From Leptolyngbyaceae cyanobacterium (GTDB taxonomy: Bacteria; Cyanobacteriota; Cyanobacteriia; Leptolyngbyales; Leptolyngbyaceae): a stretch of DNA of 64,000 nucleotides. Below are positions 28,711 through 37,815 of this stretch, piece by piece (positions within the stretch are counted from its first letter, which is position 1; every line of letters starts with the position of its first letter). Location: NCBI GenBank assembly GCA_046080785.1, contig JBJTUO010000008.1, positions 12,571-76,570 on the forward strand. Reading direction: 5' to 3'. The position numbers and the translations under genes are program-made. The notes beneath the pieces were generated by a model, which was given only the letters and a program-made list of their open reading frames with translations, was not told the DNA's origin and did no database searches.

Positions 28711-29757
28711 TTGCGCGCAGTTTTGTGTGGCTATTACGGTATGGGCAATGGGGGGGATGAAGCATTACTGGCCTCTTTACTACAGATGTTGCCCGATCAG
28801 GTGACACCGGTCGTTTTATCGGGTAACCCCGACCTTACCCGCGATCGCTATGGGGTTGAAGCGGTTAATCGCAAAGACTGGCAGGCCATCTGGTTCAGCT
28901 TACGCAAATCCCAGGTGTTTATCTGGGGGGGTGGGAGCCTCATGCAAGATTCCACCAGTCTGGCCAGTGCTGCCTACTATGCCGGGCTGATGAAGCTAGC
29001 CCAGTGGATGGGGTTAACTACGATCGCCTGGGCCCAGGGCATTGGCCCGCTCAATCGAGCCATCACCCGTTGGATCGCCCGTCAGACTTTTGCGGGATGC
29101 ACTGCAATTAGTGTGCGGGATCCGGGTTCTATGGCGTTGCTCAATTCCTGGGGTCTTAAAGGCCTGCTGGCGCCTGATCCGGTCTGGGCAATGGCAGCTC
29201 GATCCGTTAATATCGAGGCTCTTCCCCCTCCCCGCATTGCAGTCAATTTGCGTCGCCATCCCCTACTGACCGGCCCTCGACTGGAAACTCTGATTCAAGC
29301 GCTGAGGCAACTCCAGGCCACAACCCAGGCCAGCATTCTACTGTTACCCTTTCAACAAAGCCAGGATCTGGCGATCGCCCAGTTGGTGCAATCCCGGCTA
29401 CTAGGATCGAGCCAGATTCTCTCCTACAATGATCCCCAGGAACTGAAGGGAGTGTTTCGGCAGGTCAAGATGTTGATTTCGATGCGGCTTCACGGCTTAA
29501 TTATGGCTGCCGCTGAGGGGTGTCAGTGTACTGCACTCAGCTATGACCCGAAGGTCAGTCAATTGATGCAACAGGCTGCCATACCGGGATGGGAACTGGC
29601 AGCGCTACCCAACGAGGCAGTAGTCATTTCCCAGGAGTGGCTAGCTCAGTACAGGCAACAAGTACCTCCACCCCATACAATCCGCTCTTCAATGATTCAT
29701 CAGGCACGTTTACATCAGCAACTATTACACCAGGTTCTGGCCAAAACTCTGGCTTAA
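28711..29757 (+). CDS. csaB: Polysaccharide pyruvyl transferase CsaB
   Basis: The N-terminus is AVLCGYYGMGNGGDEALLASLLQML. The sequence ...ISMRLHGLIMAA... appears later. TTG start. Confidence 0.85.
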   Translation: MRAVLCGYYGMGNGGDEALLASLLQMLPDQVTPVVLSGNPDLTRDRYGVEAVNRKDWQAIWFSLRKSQVFIWGGGSLMQDSTSLASAAYYAGLMKLAQWMGLTTIAWAQGIGPLNRAITRWIARQTFAGCTAISVRDPGSMALLNSWGLKGLLAPDPVWAMAARSVNIEALPPPRIAVNLRRHPLLTGPRLETLIQALRQLQATTQASILLLPFQQSQDLAIAQLVQSRLLGSSQILSYNDPQELKGVFRQVKMLISMRLHGLIMAAAEGCQCTALSYDPKVSQLMQQAAIPGWELAALPNEAVVISQEWLAQYRQQVPPPHTIRSSMIHQARLHQQLLHQVLAKTLA

Positions 29758-29988
29758 ACGGATTGCAGTTCCCCCATTTGACTAAAGCCATAAAAAATGT
29801 GGGATTTTTTCGTTTTTGTGGTACAACATTTAGGACATTGTTGCTGTGATTTAGTTGGCACTACATCTAGTGTACCTGCTTTTAATTTATCCCTTTCGTT
29901 TGCAATCAAGCCTCAATTTTCAAGACCGGGTATATCATAGATAGCGTCAAGATCCAATTACATACGGTTTTTACTTCAAGACAGAGCC

Positions 29989-31479
29989 ATGAGCGAAGTT
30001 GAGCGTCCGAGCAAACATCAAGCTGTTGATCCAGTAGAAGTCAGTCCTGTTAACGAATCCATCCCTGTCAACGAGGGTGGAAAAGAGGTAGCCCCCCGGT
30101 CGGTCGCTCAACTCGTTAACTCCCCAGACCCGGATGGCTGGGAAACAGTAAATTTTCCGGGAGCAAAACCCATTCAAAAAATTCCCTTAGACACCTCTGT
30201 GCCTGAAGCTTTGAGTCAGCAGCCCTGTGCCATAAAAGACGAGACAGTCACCGATCCAGGTTTCTTGCTGATCCAGCTCCAGCGAGAAAATCAAGAATTG
30301 AGGAGTCAGGTGGCCCAGATGACCCAAGACTTAGGACAGGAGCAGATCGAGCGTCAATTGGTACAGTCTAATTTGGCAGAGTATGGGCGACAAACTGTGG
30401 ACGCTTCAAGCCTGGAGGCAGAGTTAACCGATTTACAAAAGCAGTTCCGCCAGCAGACCCAAGAATTAGAGCTAGCCCAACAAGCCAACCAACGCCAGGA
30501 AATTTTAGTTGATACCCTGTCTAAACAACTGGAGAGTAGTCAAGAACGCAATGCCCAGTTAGAGCGGGAATGTGCCTTGATCCAAGAAAAATATAGCGAG
30601 CAGGTGCAACAATTGTTGCAAAGTGAGGCTCAGTGCCGTGACTTGCGCACTCGCCTGCATCGTCAGCAACAGCAAACGCTCCAGTTTAAGGTGGCCCTAG
30701 AAAAAAGCCTGGAAATGTCCACTTCCGCCACTCCTGTAGTGGAGATTGAAGCAGAAACGGGCAGTCCAGGAAATAGGGCACAGAAGTCGGAGGAACAGCG
30801 AGTCAACCGCCTGACTGAGTTGATTAATTTGCAAAACCCACCTGTGCAGCCCTGGTCGGCGGCCTATGGCAATCATGAGAGTCGGTCGCCAGCCGTTAAT
30901 CCCTTAAGTAAATTACTTAACGGAAACGGAGCCTCGATTCAACTACCCGGCATGGAAGAGATGGTAACTTCAGAGCCGTTGCAACCAACAAGAGCAAGCG
31001 TCACCAATCCCATCTTTGACCTGGAGCCCTTTATTAAGGCTGGCGAGGTCAATGCCGCGATCGTAACTGGCCCCGAGAACACACAAACAGCCGTTGGCGA
31101 TCCTGAACCCGATCAATCTAATGCTCACGCTATAGAAAATAATCTGGACGACGATCCCCTCTGGCGAGACCTGGCCCGCCTGATTGAGGAAGTAGAAACC
31201 AGTGTCGACAGCATTAGAGAGCAGACGGCTTTATCAGCAGAAACGGCCAGCGGTTCGGCTGAAGTAGCCGCTCAGACGGTTACTGAGGCTGCAACTGATG
31301 CATCGGATGCTAAATCCCCTTTTAAACAGGAGATCGCGACCGTTTCTATGGGTACGACGGCATGGCCTGCCCCAGTGGTTTACCCTACCCGGTCAACTAA
31401 AAAAATCCCCTCTCTGGCAGCCGTTGACCTACCCATGTTTCTCCGTCCTGAAAACACGGAAACTGCCAGAAACGCTTAA
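29989..31479 (+). CDS. Acidic, Gln/Glu-rich coiled-coil protein of unknown function
   Basis: The 496-aa ORF has a long heptad-like segment from about residue 95 to 240 (LQRENQELRSQVAQMTQDLGQEQIERQL...QQQQTLQFKVALEKSLE). I recognise no catalytic motifs. Confidence 0.55.
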   Translation: MSEVERPSKHQAVDPVEVSPVNESIPVNEGGKEVAPRSVAQLVNSPDPDGWETVNFPGAKPIQKIPLDTSVPEALSQQPCAIKDETVTDPGFLLIQLQRENQELRSQVAQMTQDLGQEQIERQLVQSNLAEYGRQTVDASSLEAELTDLQKQFRQQTQELELAQQANQRQEILVDTLSKQLESSQERNAQLERECALIQEKYSEQVQQLLQSEAQCRDLRTRLHRQQQQTLQFKVALEKSLEMSTSATPVVEIEAETGSPGNRAQKSEEQRVNRLTELINLQNPPVQPWSAAYGNHESRSPAVNPLSKLLNGNGASIQLPGMEEMVTSEPLQPTRASVTNPIFDLEPFIKAGEVNAAIVTGPENTQTAVGDPEPDQSNAHAIENNLDDDPLWRDLARLIEEVETSVDSIREQTALSAETASGSAEVAAQTVTEAATDASDAKSPFKQEIATVSMGTTAWPAPVVYPTRSTKKIPSLAAVDLPMFLRPENTETARNA

Positions 31480-33587
31480 CTCCTTGCTGTTTTTGTTAGA
31501 ACAACTGGCTCTGGGGGTAATAAGAACGGTGGTGCTGCTTGAGGTTTGCCCACGCCATTGGTATAGATGTAACTGCGGGTTAACAGCCAAAACCAGAGTC
31601 GGGGAAATTTGGGCTCAAGCCATGGTTGTAGTTGCCTGATCAAACCAGGAAACCAACTACCAATCAGGGCGACCCAAAAAGCAGTCAGGCTAAAACTGAC
31701 GTAGCTGCCCAACCAACGCAGTAGGTCTATTGGGCCTGCCATTTCCCAAATCCAGAGTAGTAGTTTAGGGTTTTGCCAGGCTGCTTGGATTGCCATGCGG
31801 TTAAAGGAGAGCCAGTCTACCCGGTCTTTAATAAAAGCTTCTGCGATCGTCGGGGGCTGGGCCGCCAGGATGCCAAAAAAGGTATTGAGCATAGCATTAA
31901 CCCGCTCTGGCGGCAAGTTGCGCCCCGTGGGCACCATCATACCCTTAGAGAAAAGCCAAGTGACAGCAACATTACTCTGGTAGGCTCGAATCTGGTTCAA
32001 ATATTTTGCCTGGAGTAAATCATGTTTTAGAGCGGTATCCAACAGGTGAGTCAGGCGGGGCAAATTTCTCACCAGGGAGCCAAACCCGGTAAAGATCAAA
32101 GGAGATTGGAGAGAGGCCGCATCCCCGATCGCCATGACCCGATCGAACCCGACCCGGCGATCGCCGCTGTTAACCGTGAAGTGACCGGGAATATAGCCAA
32201 AGGTCGGCTTCTTCCACACCAGTTGTTCCATGTCACAGCGGCGGTACTCGGGCAGAATCGTAAAAAAGTCCTCATACATTTCCAGGAGAGAACCAGGATT
32301 GTCAGGATCTACCTGGTGATAGTGAAACAGATAGAAAGTGAGTTCCTCTCCCTCAGCGGGAAACAGTTCCCAAATCAATTGTCGTCCACGGGAAATGTCC
32401 CCGTGGCTATTGAGCACATCCCCGTAGCAGGCATTCCACACTCCCGGTTCAAAGCCACTACGGATGACCGCACCCACCGTTGGGCACACACTATCAAAGG
32501 CCCGACCTCCATTTAACTGCCAAGCAATAGGAGAGGCCGTTCCCATCGCATCAATCAGTAAACGCCCGGTTGCCTGCCGCCGTTCCTGGGTTACGAGCCC
32601 GCGGGTCTGCAGGGTAACTTGGTTGACTCCCACCTCTGCCGCTATAAATTCAGTCTCATCCCAGATTTCGCCGCCGCCCTGTCGCAACTTATCTCCACAG
32701 AGGCGTAAGAGTTTTTCTGCGTCAATTCCCACATTTAAAACCGTGGGAGTATGCAGAATGGGTGCTTTTGCCTGGGGAGGATTGTTGGCATCAAAAAATT
32801 TGCTAAATCCATCAATGTATTCTCTGGCAATTACCGCCTCAAATTCGCTAGGGGTAAACAGTCCCAGGTCAATTAGACTTTGAAACTCACTGCGAGAAAT
32901 GTTCCATTCCCGGTTCATCCGACCAAAGGGCAACCGTTCAATTAATAACACTCGATAACCCAACCGGGCCATTGCCGCTGCATGAATCACCCCCAAAGAA
33001 CCTCCCACATAGATCAAGTCGTAGGTGGGACGGGGCTCTCCATGGGGTAGGGTCGTGTTGCTGACTTGGGTCACCAGCACTGGCTGGGATTGCTGCGGAT
33101 TGCGTACACTGTCCCGCCAGCGTTGCTCCCACCAGTAGGCTCGCTTCAAGTCATATTCCCCATTGGGCATACGTTTGAAATAGTGAACCGTAAGGGGGTA
33201 GTCTTGCGCCAGGGCGTCAAAGATAGATTGTTGGGATAGGTCAATCGCTGGTGGGGCCGGGTAGCGGTTAGGAAACTTTTGACGGATGTCTACTTCTAAT
33301 TGATGCAGTAATCGCCCTTCCTGGGGAAAGGCTAGGGCCGCCCAGCGAAATACCTTCAGGTAAGTGGTGCGCTGGACTGACCAGACAAAAATCGCCAATT
33401 CTACACCCTCGTTCTGGGGGCGATCGGAAATCAGCGATTCTTGACCTGTAGTCTGTTGCAACCCCAGTCGAATTCCGCTTGGAGTCATGGTTTTCTCACC
33501 CACCAAAGGGTCAAACTCCTGTTGCAGCCAGTGTTTAACTGACTCCGTTGCAGGGGTTGGCACTTCAATATAGAGAATTTGTTTCAT
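31476..33587 (-). CDS. FAD-dependent oxidoreductase, CruA/CruP lycopene-cyclase-like, with an N-terminal extension and a C-terminal membrane region
   Basis: The dinucleotide-binding motif is YDLIYVGGSLGVIHAAAMARLGYRVLLIER, and the C-terminus has hydrophobic helices. I chose the ATG at 33587 (MKQILYIEV); the ORF track extends to 33659. The CruA-like assignment is from memory only. Confidence 0.55.
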   Translation of the reverse strand: MKQILYIEVPTPATESVKHWLQQEFDPLVGEKTMTPSGIRLGLQQTTGQESLISDRPQNEGVELAIFVWSVQRTTYLKVFRWAALAFPQEGRLLHQLEVDIRQKFPNRYPAPPAIDLSQQSIFDALAQDYPLTVHYFKRMPNGEYDLKRAYWWEQRWRDSVRNPQQSQPVLVTQVSNTTLPHGEPRPTYDLIYVGGSLGVIHAAAMARLGYRVLLIERLPFGRMNREWNISRSEFQSLIDLGLFTPSEFEAVIAREYIDGFSKFFDANNPPQAKAPILHTPTVLNVGIDAEKLLRLCGDKLRQGGGEIWDETEFIAAEVGVNQVTLQTRGLVTQERRQATGRLLIDAMGTASPIAWQLNGGRAFDSVCPTVGAVIRSGFEPGVWNACYGDVLNSHGDISRGRQLIWELFPAEGEELTFYLFHYHQVDPDNPGSLLEMYEDFFTILPEYRRCDMEQLVWKKPTFGYIPGHFTVNSGDRRVGFDRVMAIGDAASLQSPLIFTGFGSLVRNLPRLTHLLDTALKHDLLQAKYLNQIRAYQSNVAVTWLFSKGMMVPTGRNLPPERVNAMLNTFFGILAAQPPTIAEAFIKDRVDWLSFNRMAIQAAWQNPKLLLWIWEMAGPIDLLRWLGSYVSFSLTAFWVALIGSWFPGLIRQLQPWLEPKFPRLWFWLLTRSYIYTNGVGKPQAAPPFLLPPEPVVLTKTARS

Positions 33588-33745
33588 AGGTTTGATTAAA
33601 ATCAATGAAATCCATCCAAAGTCAAGGTTAACAATCTCGTAATTTGCGCTACACTGCAATACACATGCTTAAGAAACTTTACAAAACGTTTCATATTCTC
33701 TCAGAAATCGCACTTTTTCAAAAAATTAGTATACGTCTGACCGTT

Positions 33746-33979
33746 ATGCCCTACCCCATTCCATTTAATTCCCAAGAAATCACTGACCTTCGGCAAAAAT
33801 CTGTTGATGAAGAGTTAGTTGCAGCAGCCATTGTGGGAGTGGTCTCGATCGCCCGTTCTCGCGGGCAATCTCTTGAAGATCTGAAAGCAGAGGTTTTGGC
33901 AGACGATGCGTTATTAGACTTGCAACAGCGTCATCGTTTGAGCGAAATTGTAGCCCATGCCTGGGATCAATTACCTTAG
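33746..33979 (+). CDS. Small hypothetical protein (77 aa)
   Basis: The internal ATG gives MPYPIPFNSQEITDLRQKSVDEELVAAAIVGVVSIARSRGQSLEDLKAEVL.... I recognise no motifs. Confidence 0.45.
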   Translation: MPYPIPFNSQEITDLRQKSVDEELVAAAIVGVVSIARSRGQSLEDLKAEVLADDALLDLQQRHRLSEIVAHAWDQLP

Positions 33980-33998
33980 AGAATTTCATAAATCTCAT

Positions 33999-34025
33999 AA
34001 AAAAGAGGGAACGAATGCTCCCCCT
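33999..34025 (-). terminator. Rho-independent terminator of psaC
   Basis: On the minus strand the sequence AGGGGGA-gcattcgt-TCCCTCT forms a 7-bp stem with one G-U pair, followed directly by TTTTTT, about 50 nt downstream of the psaC stop. Confidence 0.65.
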
Positions 34026-34076
34026 ACAATTGAACCCACATGGATGGATAAAAACGAATGCGTATGATGGCGCTTT

Positions 34077-34355
<279 letters not shown>

Positions 34356-34440
34356 TTACAACGAAACCCATGGCAGAACTAATCTCTGTTACGAAATCGC
34401 AACGAATTTAGTCACTAACCAGGAGCGTTGGTATCAACTG

Positions 34441-34537
34441 GCCAGCACAATTAATAGCCAGCACAATTATCTATAGATAGTAGCTACTACGAGTAATAGA
34501 TAGTACTACGAGTAATAGGTACTACGACTACTAACGC
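34441..34537. repeat. Two short tandem-repeat blocks upstream of psaC
   Basis: GCCAGCACAATTA occurs twice with a 16-nt period (34441-34453 and 34457-34469). It is followed by about three degenerate copies of TAG(C)TACTACGAGTAATAGA with a period near 19-20 nt (34481-34537). Confidence 0.6.
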
Positions 34538-34650
34538 TTCAGAATCACCGTTTAGTCTACCGCATTGGCCGAGGCCGACTCAGCAGAGAGCGACAAAACT
34601 TTAAAGAACGTTACAGTTGCTGGGGCGCACAACTTTTCAAGTGGTGTGTC

Positions 34651-35559
34651 CTAGACACGACTTAGCCTCTCTAATACTGGCCGAGTCGAAACCATGTGAC
34701 GGTCTAATCCCAACTGTTGGGGGGCAATCCCCAGCGCTAGCGCCACCAATTGAGGCAGGTGGAGAATGGGCAATCCCAGGGGGATACCCGTTACTTTTTC
34801 AATCTCTAGTTGGCGAGCGTCTAATTGTAAGTGACAGAGGGGGCAGGGCGTTACAATGCAGTCAGCCCCAGCCGCGATCGCCTGCCTGAGATGGCGACCC
34901 GCCATCTGGAAAGATTGCTCTGTCGCATAGCTGGAGAGCGGCCAACCGCAGCACTGAGTGCGTCCCTGATAATAGATGGGCTCGGCCCCGATTGTCCGAA
35001 ATACCTGCTCCATTGATTGGGGGTTGTAAGGATCGTCAAAGGGCAAGCTTTCCTGGGCTCGCAACAGGTAACAACCATAAAAGGCCGCGCATTTGAGGCC
35101 AGAGAGGGAGTGGGTTACTTTTTGTTGTAGCGCTTCCAGCCCATAATCACCGACTAAAGCCCAGAGTAGATGTTTAACCTCAGTAGTGCCTTGATAGGGG
35201 GAGCAATGCTCTTTAGCCAGCAGACCATTAACCTGCTCCAGATAAGGTGGGTTATTTTGTTGCGCTGATTGTAGCCGCTGGTTGACCTGCCCCAGCACCC
35301 CCTGGCAGGTACTGCAATGAGTTAGCAGAGGCAGGTTGAGCTCTTCCGCTAGGGCGATATTCCGGGCATTCACCGTATCTTCCAGCAGTTTAGAATCTTC
35401 CTTGAAGGTGCCAGAACCACAGCAGGAGGCTTTTTTAAGCTCAATCAGCTCAATTCCCAAAGCTTCGGTTAACACTGCTGTTGATTGGTATAACTCGCGG
35501 CAGGCACCTTGAGCCACACAGCCGGGAAAGTAAGCGTATTTTAGAGATGAAGGGGTCAT
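34651..35559 (-). CDS. Heterodisulfide reductase subunit B-like protein (two CCG cysteine-rich domains; SdhE/SdhC-type)
   Basis: The 302-aa ORF has YFPGCVAQGACRE...ASCCGSG and a second AAFYGCYLLR...RTQCCGWP motif pair. Confidence 0.8.
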   Translation of the reverse strand: MTPSSLKYAYFPGCVAQGACRELYQSTAVLTEALGIELIELKKASCCGSGTFKEDSKLLEDTVNARNIALAEELNLPLLTHCSTCQGVLGQVNQRLQSAQQNNPPYLEQVNGLLAKEHCSPYQGTTEVKHLLWALVGDYGLEALQQKVTHSLSGLKCAAFYGCYLLRAQESLPFDDPYNPQSMEQVFRTIGAEPIYYQGRTQCCGWPLSSYATEQSFQMAGRHLRQAIAAGADCIVTPCPLCHLQLDARQLEIEKVTGIPLGLPILHLPQLVALALGIAPQQLGLDRHMVSTRPVLERLSRV

Positions 35560-35822
35560 AGAGATTTTGTCCAGGCGCTTCCTTTTCCATCATCACCGAT
35601 CAACGGTAGCCCCCCCGCTATTTCTTAGCTTTCCTTTTAGGGTGTCAGGGGAGTCAGTCAGGAAAGCGACCATGAGTGATTCTACGATCGCGCTTTCAAG
35701 TAAGATCAGAGAATCTGCGTAACGGTGCTCTGCTGTTACGGGTTAAACGACTGTCGGTCAGGGCAATGGAACATCGTGTACTCGCCCTTTTACACCCCTA
35801 ATGCATCAAATTGAGAGAGCTT

Positions 35823-36074
35823 ATGTCCCAAGAACACATTTTTGAACAAGTCCGGTCGATCGTGGCAGAACAACTGAGTGTTGATGCCGGAGATGTAAAG
35901 CCTGAGGCCAGTTTCGCTACCGACCTGGGTGCCGATTCTCTCGATACTGTCGAATTGGTAATGGCTCTGGAAGAAGAATTTGATATTGAGATTCCAGATG
36001 AGGCCGCTGAGCAGATTGCCACTGTCCAATCCGCCGTTGATTACATCAGCGAAAAATTAAAAGCATCTGCTTAA
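35823..36074 (+). CDS. acpP: Acyl carrier protein
   Basis: The phosphopantetheine attachment motif is [26 protein letters not shown] chose the ATG at 35823 ([10 protein letters not shown]). Confidence 0.97.
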   Translation: MSQEHIFEQVRSIVAEQLSVDAGDVKPEASFATDLGADSLDTVELVMALEEEFDIEIPDEAAEQIATVQSAVDYISEKLKASA

Positions 36075-36095
36075 TTGGCTTCTAAAGAATACTGG

Positions 36096-36131
36096 GTCTT
36101 GAGTTGCACTAATAGCAGATAAGCTCAAGAC
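36096..36131 (+). promoter_or_regulatory. Hairpin between acpP and fabF (possible attenuator or processing site)
   Basis: GTCTTGAG-(20 nt)-CTCAAGAC forms a perfect 8-bp stem 22 nt after the acpP stop. No clear T tract follows. Confidence 0.3.
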
Positions 36132-36191
36132 TTAGCTCTCTTTACTGGCACAGCAGTCGCATTATCAGTATTAGATTTTTAACGAACTACC

Positions 36192-37445
36192 ATGACACAG
36201 GCAGAGCTGAAACGGGTTGTTGTAACCGGGCTAGGTGCCATTACTCCTATCGGAAACACCCTCACCGATTATTGGAATGGGTTGATGAGCGGTCGTAATG
36301 GTATTGGGCCAATTACTTTATTTGATGCGTCTCGTCACGCCTGCCGTATAGCTGGAGAAGTCAAAGGGTTTGACCCCCATGAGTTTATGGATCGGAAGGA
36401 TGCCAAACGCATGGATCGGTTTGCCCAATTTGCCGTGGCCGCCAGTAAGCAAGCCCTAGCTGATGCCAATTTTGTAATTAACGACCTGAATGCGGAACAG
36501 GTCGGAGTCATGATTGGGACAGGCATCGGTGGCCTCAAGGTTTTGGAAGAACAAGAAGAGGTCTATTTGACCAAGGGGCCAGATCGGTGCAGCCCTTTTA
36601 TGATTCCTATGATGATTGCTAATATGGCCGCCGGGTTAACCGCCATTCATGTCGGTGCCAAAGGCCCAAATTCCTGCTCGGTAACTGCCTGTGCTGCTGG
36701 CTCTAACGCGATCGGCGATGCCTTTCGCTTTGTGCAACGGGGCTACGCCCAGGCCATGATCTGTGGAGGCACAGAAGCCGCTGTCACCCCTTTATCCCTG
36801 GCTGGCTTCGCTTCTGCCCGTGCCCTGTCTACCCGCAATGATGACCCGGCCCATGCCTGTCGCCCCTTTGATCAAGGCCGGGATGGGTTTGTGATGGGTG
36901 AAGGGGTTGGCATTCTAATTCTGGAAGAGTTGGAGCATGCTCTGGCACGGGGTGCCCGTATCTATGCCGAGATTGTCGGCTACGGCATGACCTGTGATGC
37001 TTATCACATGACCTCCCCAGTACCTGGTGGAGATGGGGCAGCGCGGGCAATCTCTCTGGCATTGAAAGATGGCAACTTGAGTCCAGAGCAGGTCAACTAT
37101 ATCAATGCCCACGGCACCAGTACACTGGCTAATGACTCCACAGAGTCTACTGCAATTAAAAAAGCCCTGGGTGACCATGCCTATCAGGTGGCAGTCAGTT
37201 CCACCAAGTCCATGACAGGTCACCTGTTAGGTGGCTCTGGTGGAATAGAGGCGGTAGCAACAGTAATGGCGATCGCCCACGATCGAGTACCACCTACCAT
37301 TAATTTGGAACAGCCCGATCCGGAGTGCGATCTGGATTACGTACCGCATCAGAGCCGTGAGCAAAAAGTTGAAGTGGCTTTGTCTAACTCCTTCGGCTTT
37401 GGGGGGCACAATGTAACGCTGGCTTTTCGGAAATATCAGCCTTAA
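36192..37445 (+). CDS. fabF: Beta-ketoacyl-ACP synthase II
   Basis: The 417-aa ORF has the active-site region SVTACAAGSNAIGDA and the motifs NAHGTST and SNSFGFGGHN. Confidence 0.95.
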   Translation: MTQAELKRVVVTGLGAITPIGNTLTDYWNGLMSGRNGIGPITLFDASRHACRIAGEVKGFDPHEFMDRKDAKRMDRFAQFAVAASKQALADANFVINDLNAEQVGVMIGTGIGGLKVLEEQEEVYLTKGPDRCSPFMIPMMIANMAAGLTAIHVGAKGPNSCSVTACAAGSNAIGDAFRFVQRGYAQAMICGGTEAAVTPLSLAGFASARALSTRNDDPAHACRPFDQGRDGFVMGEGVGILILEELEHALARGARIYAEIVGYGMTCDAYHMTSPVPGGDGAARAISLALKDGNLSPEQVNYINAHGTSTLANDSTESTAIKKALGDHAYQVAVSSTKSMTGHLLGGSGGIEAVATVMAIAHDRVPPTINLEQPDPECDLDYVPHQSREQKVEVALSNSFGFGGHNVTLAFRKYQP

Positions 37446-37815
37446 CCAGTTTAAGCCTCATCCGGGTAATTGAGGTGATCTCGACTGCTGCTATGATGTC
37501 CCCTGGTGATTTGTCAAGACTGTTTTGAGGGGTAAAGCCATCTGCTTCCGTCTGGTAAGGGTTTCAGGGCTAAGAGCGTTTTTTCTGGGATAGCTGCAGA
37601 GTTTATTCATGCCACACTAGCAGTGGTTGGGTAGGGCATGATTTTTTTGATCTCATAAGACTCTCCCATATCAAGTCCTGGAGTTTTTTTAGCTTCTTGC
37701 TGTCACTGCTATTCAACTTCAGAGAGGTTTGGGGAATGCTTAAGATAGATAAGTATTCCCGCTTTTCCCTCCCTATCGCTTTGAGTGCCGTTATGCTACC
37801 CCCTTTACCTCAAAA

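Noticed and set aside
32046-32883. Plus-strand ORFs 32046..32516 and 32464..32883 lie opposite the FAD oxidoreductase gene.
   Set aside because: They are antisense to a 700-aa ORF that carries a dinucleotide-binding motif. No features support them.
33639-33652. An NtcA-like GTA-N8-TAC site (GTAATTTGCGCTAC) lies in the divergent promoter region.
   Set aside because: This degenerate palindrome is expected many times by chance in 64 kb. No good TAN3T -10 box lies about 22 nt downstream.
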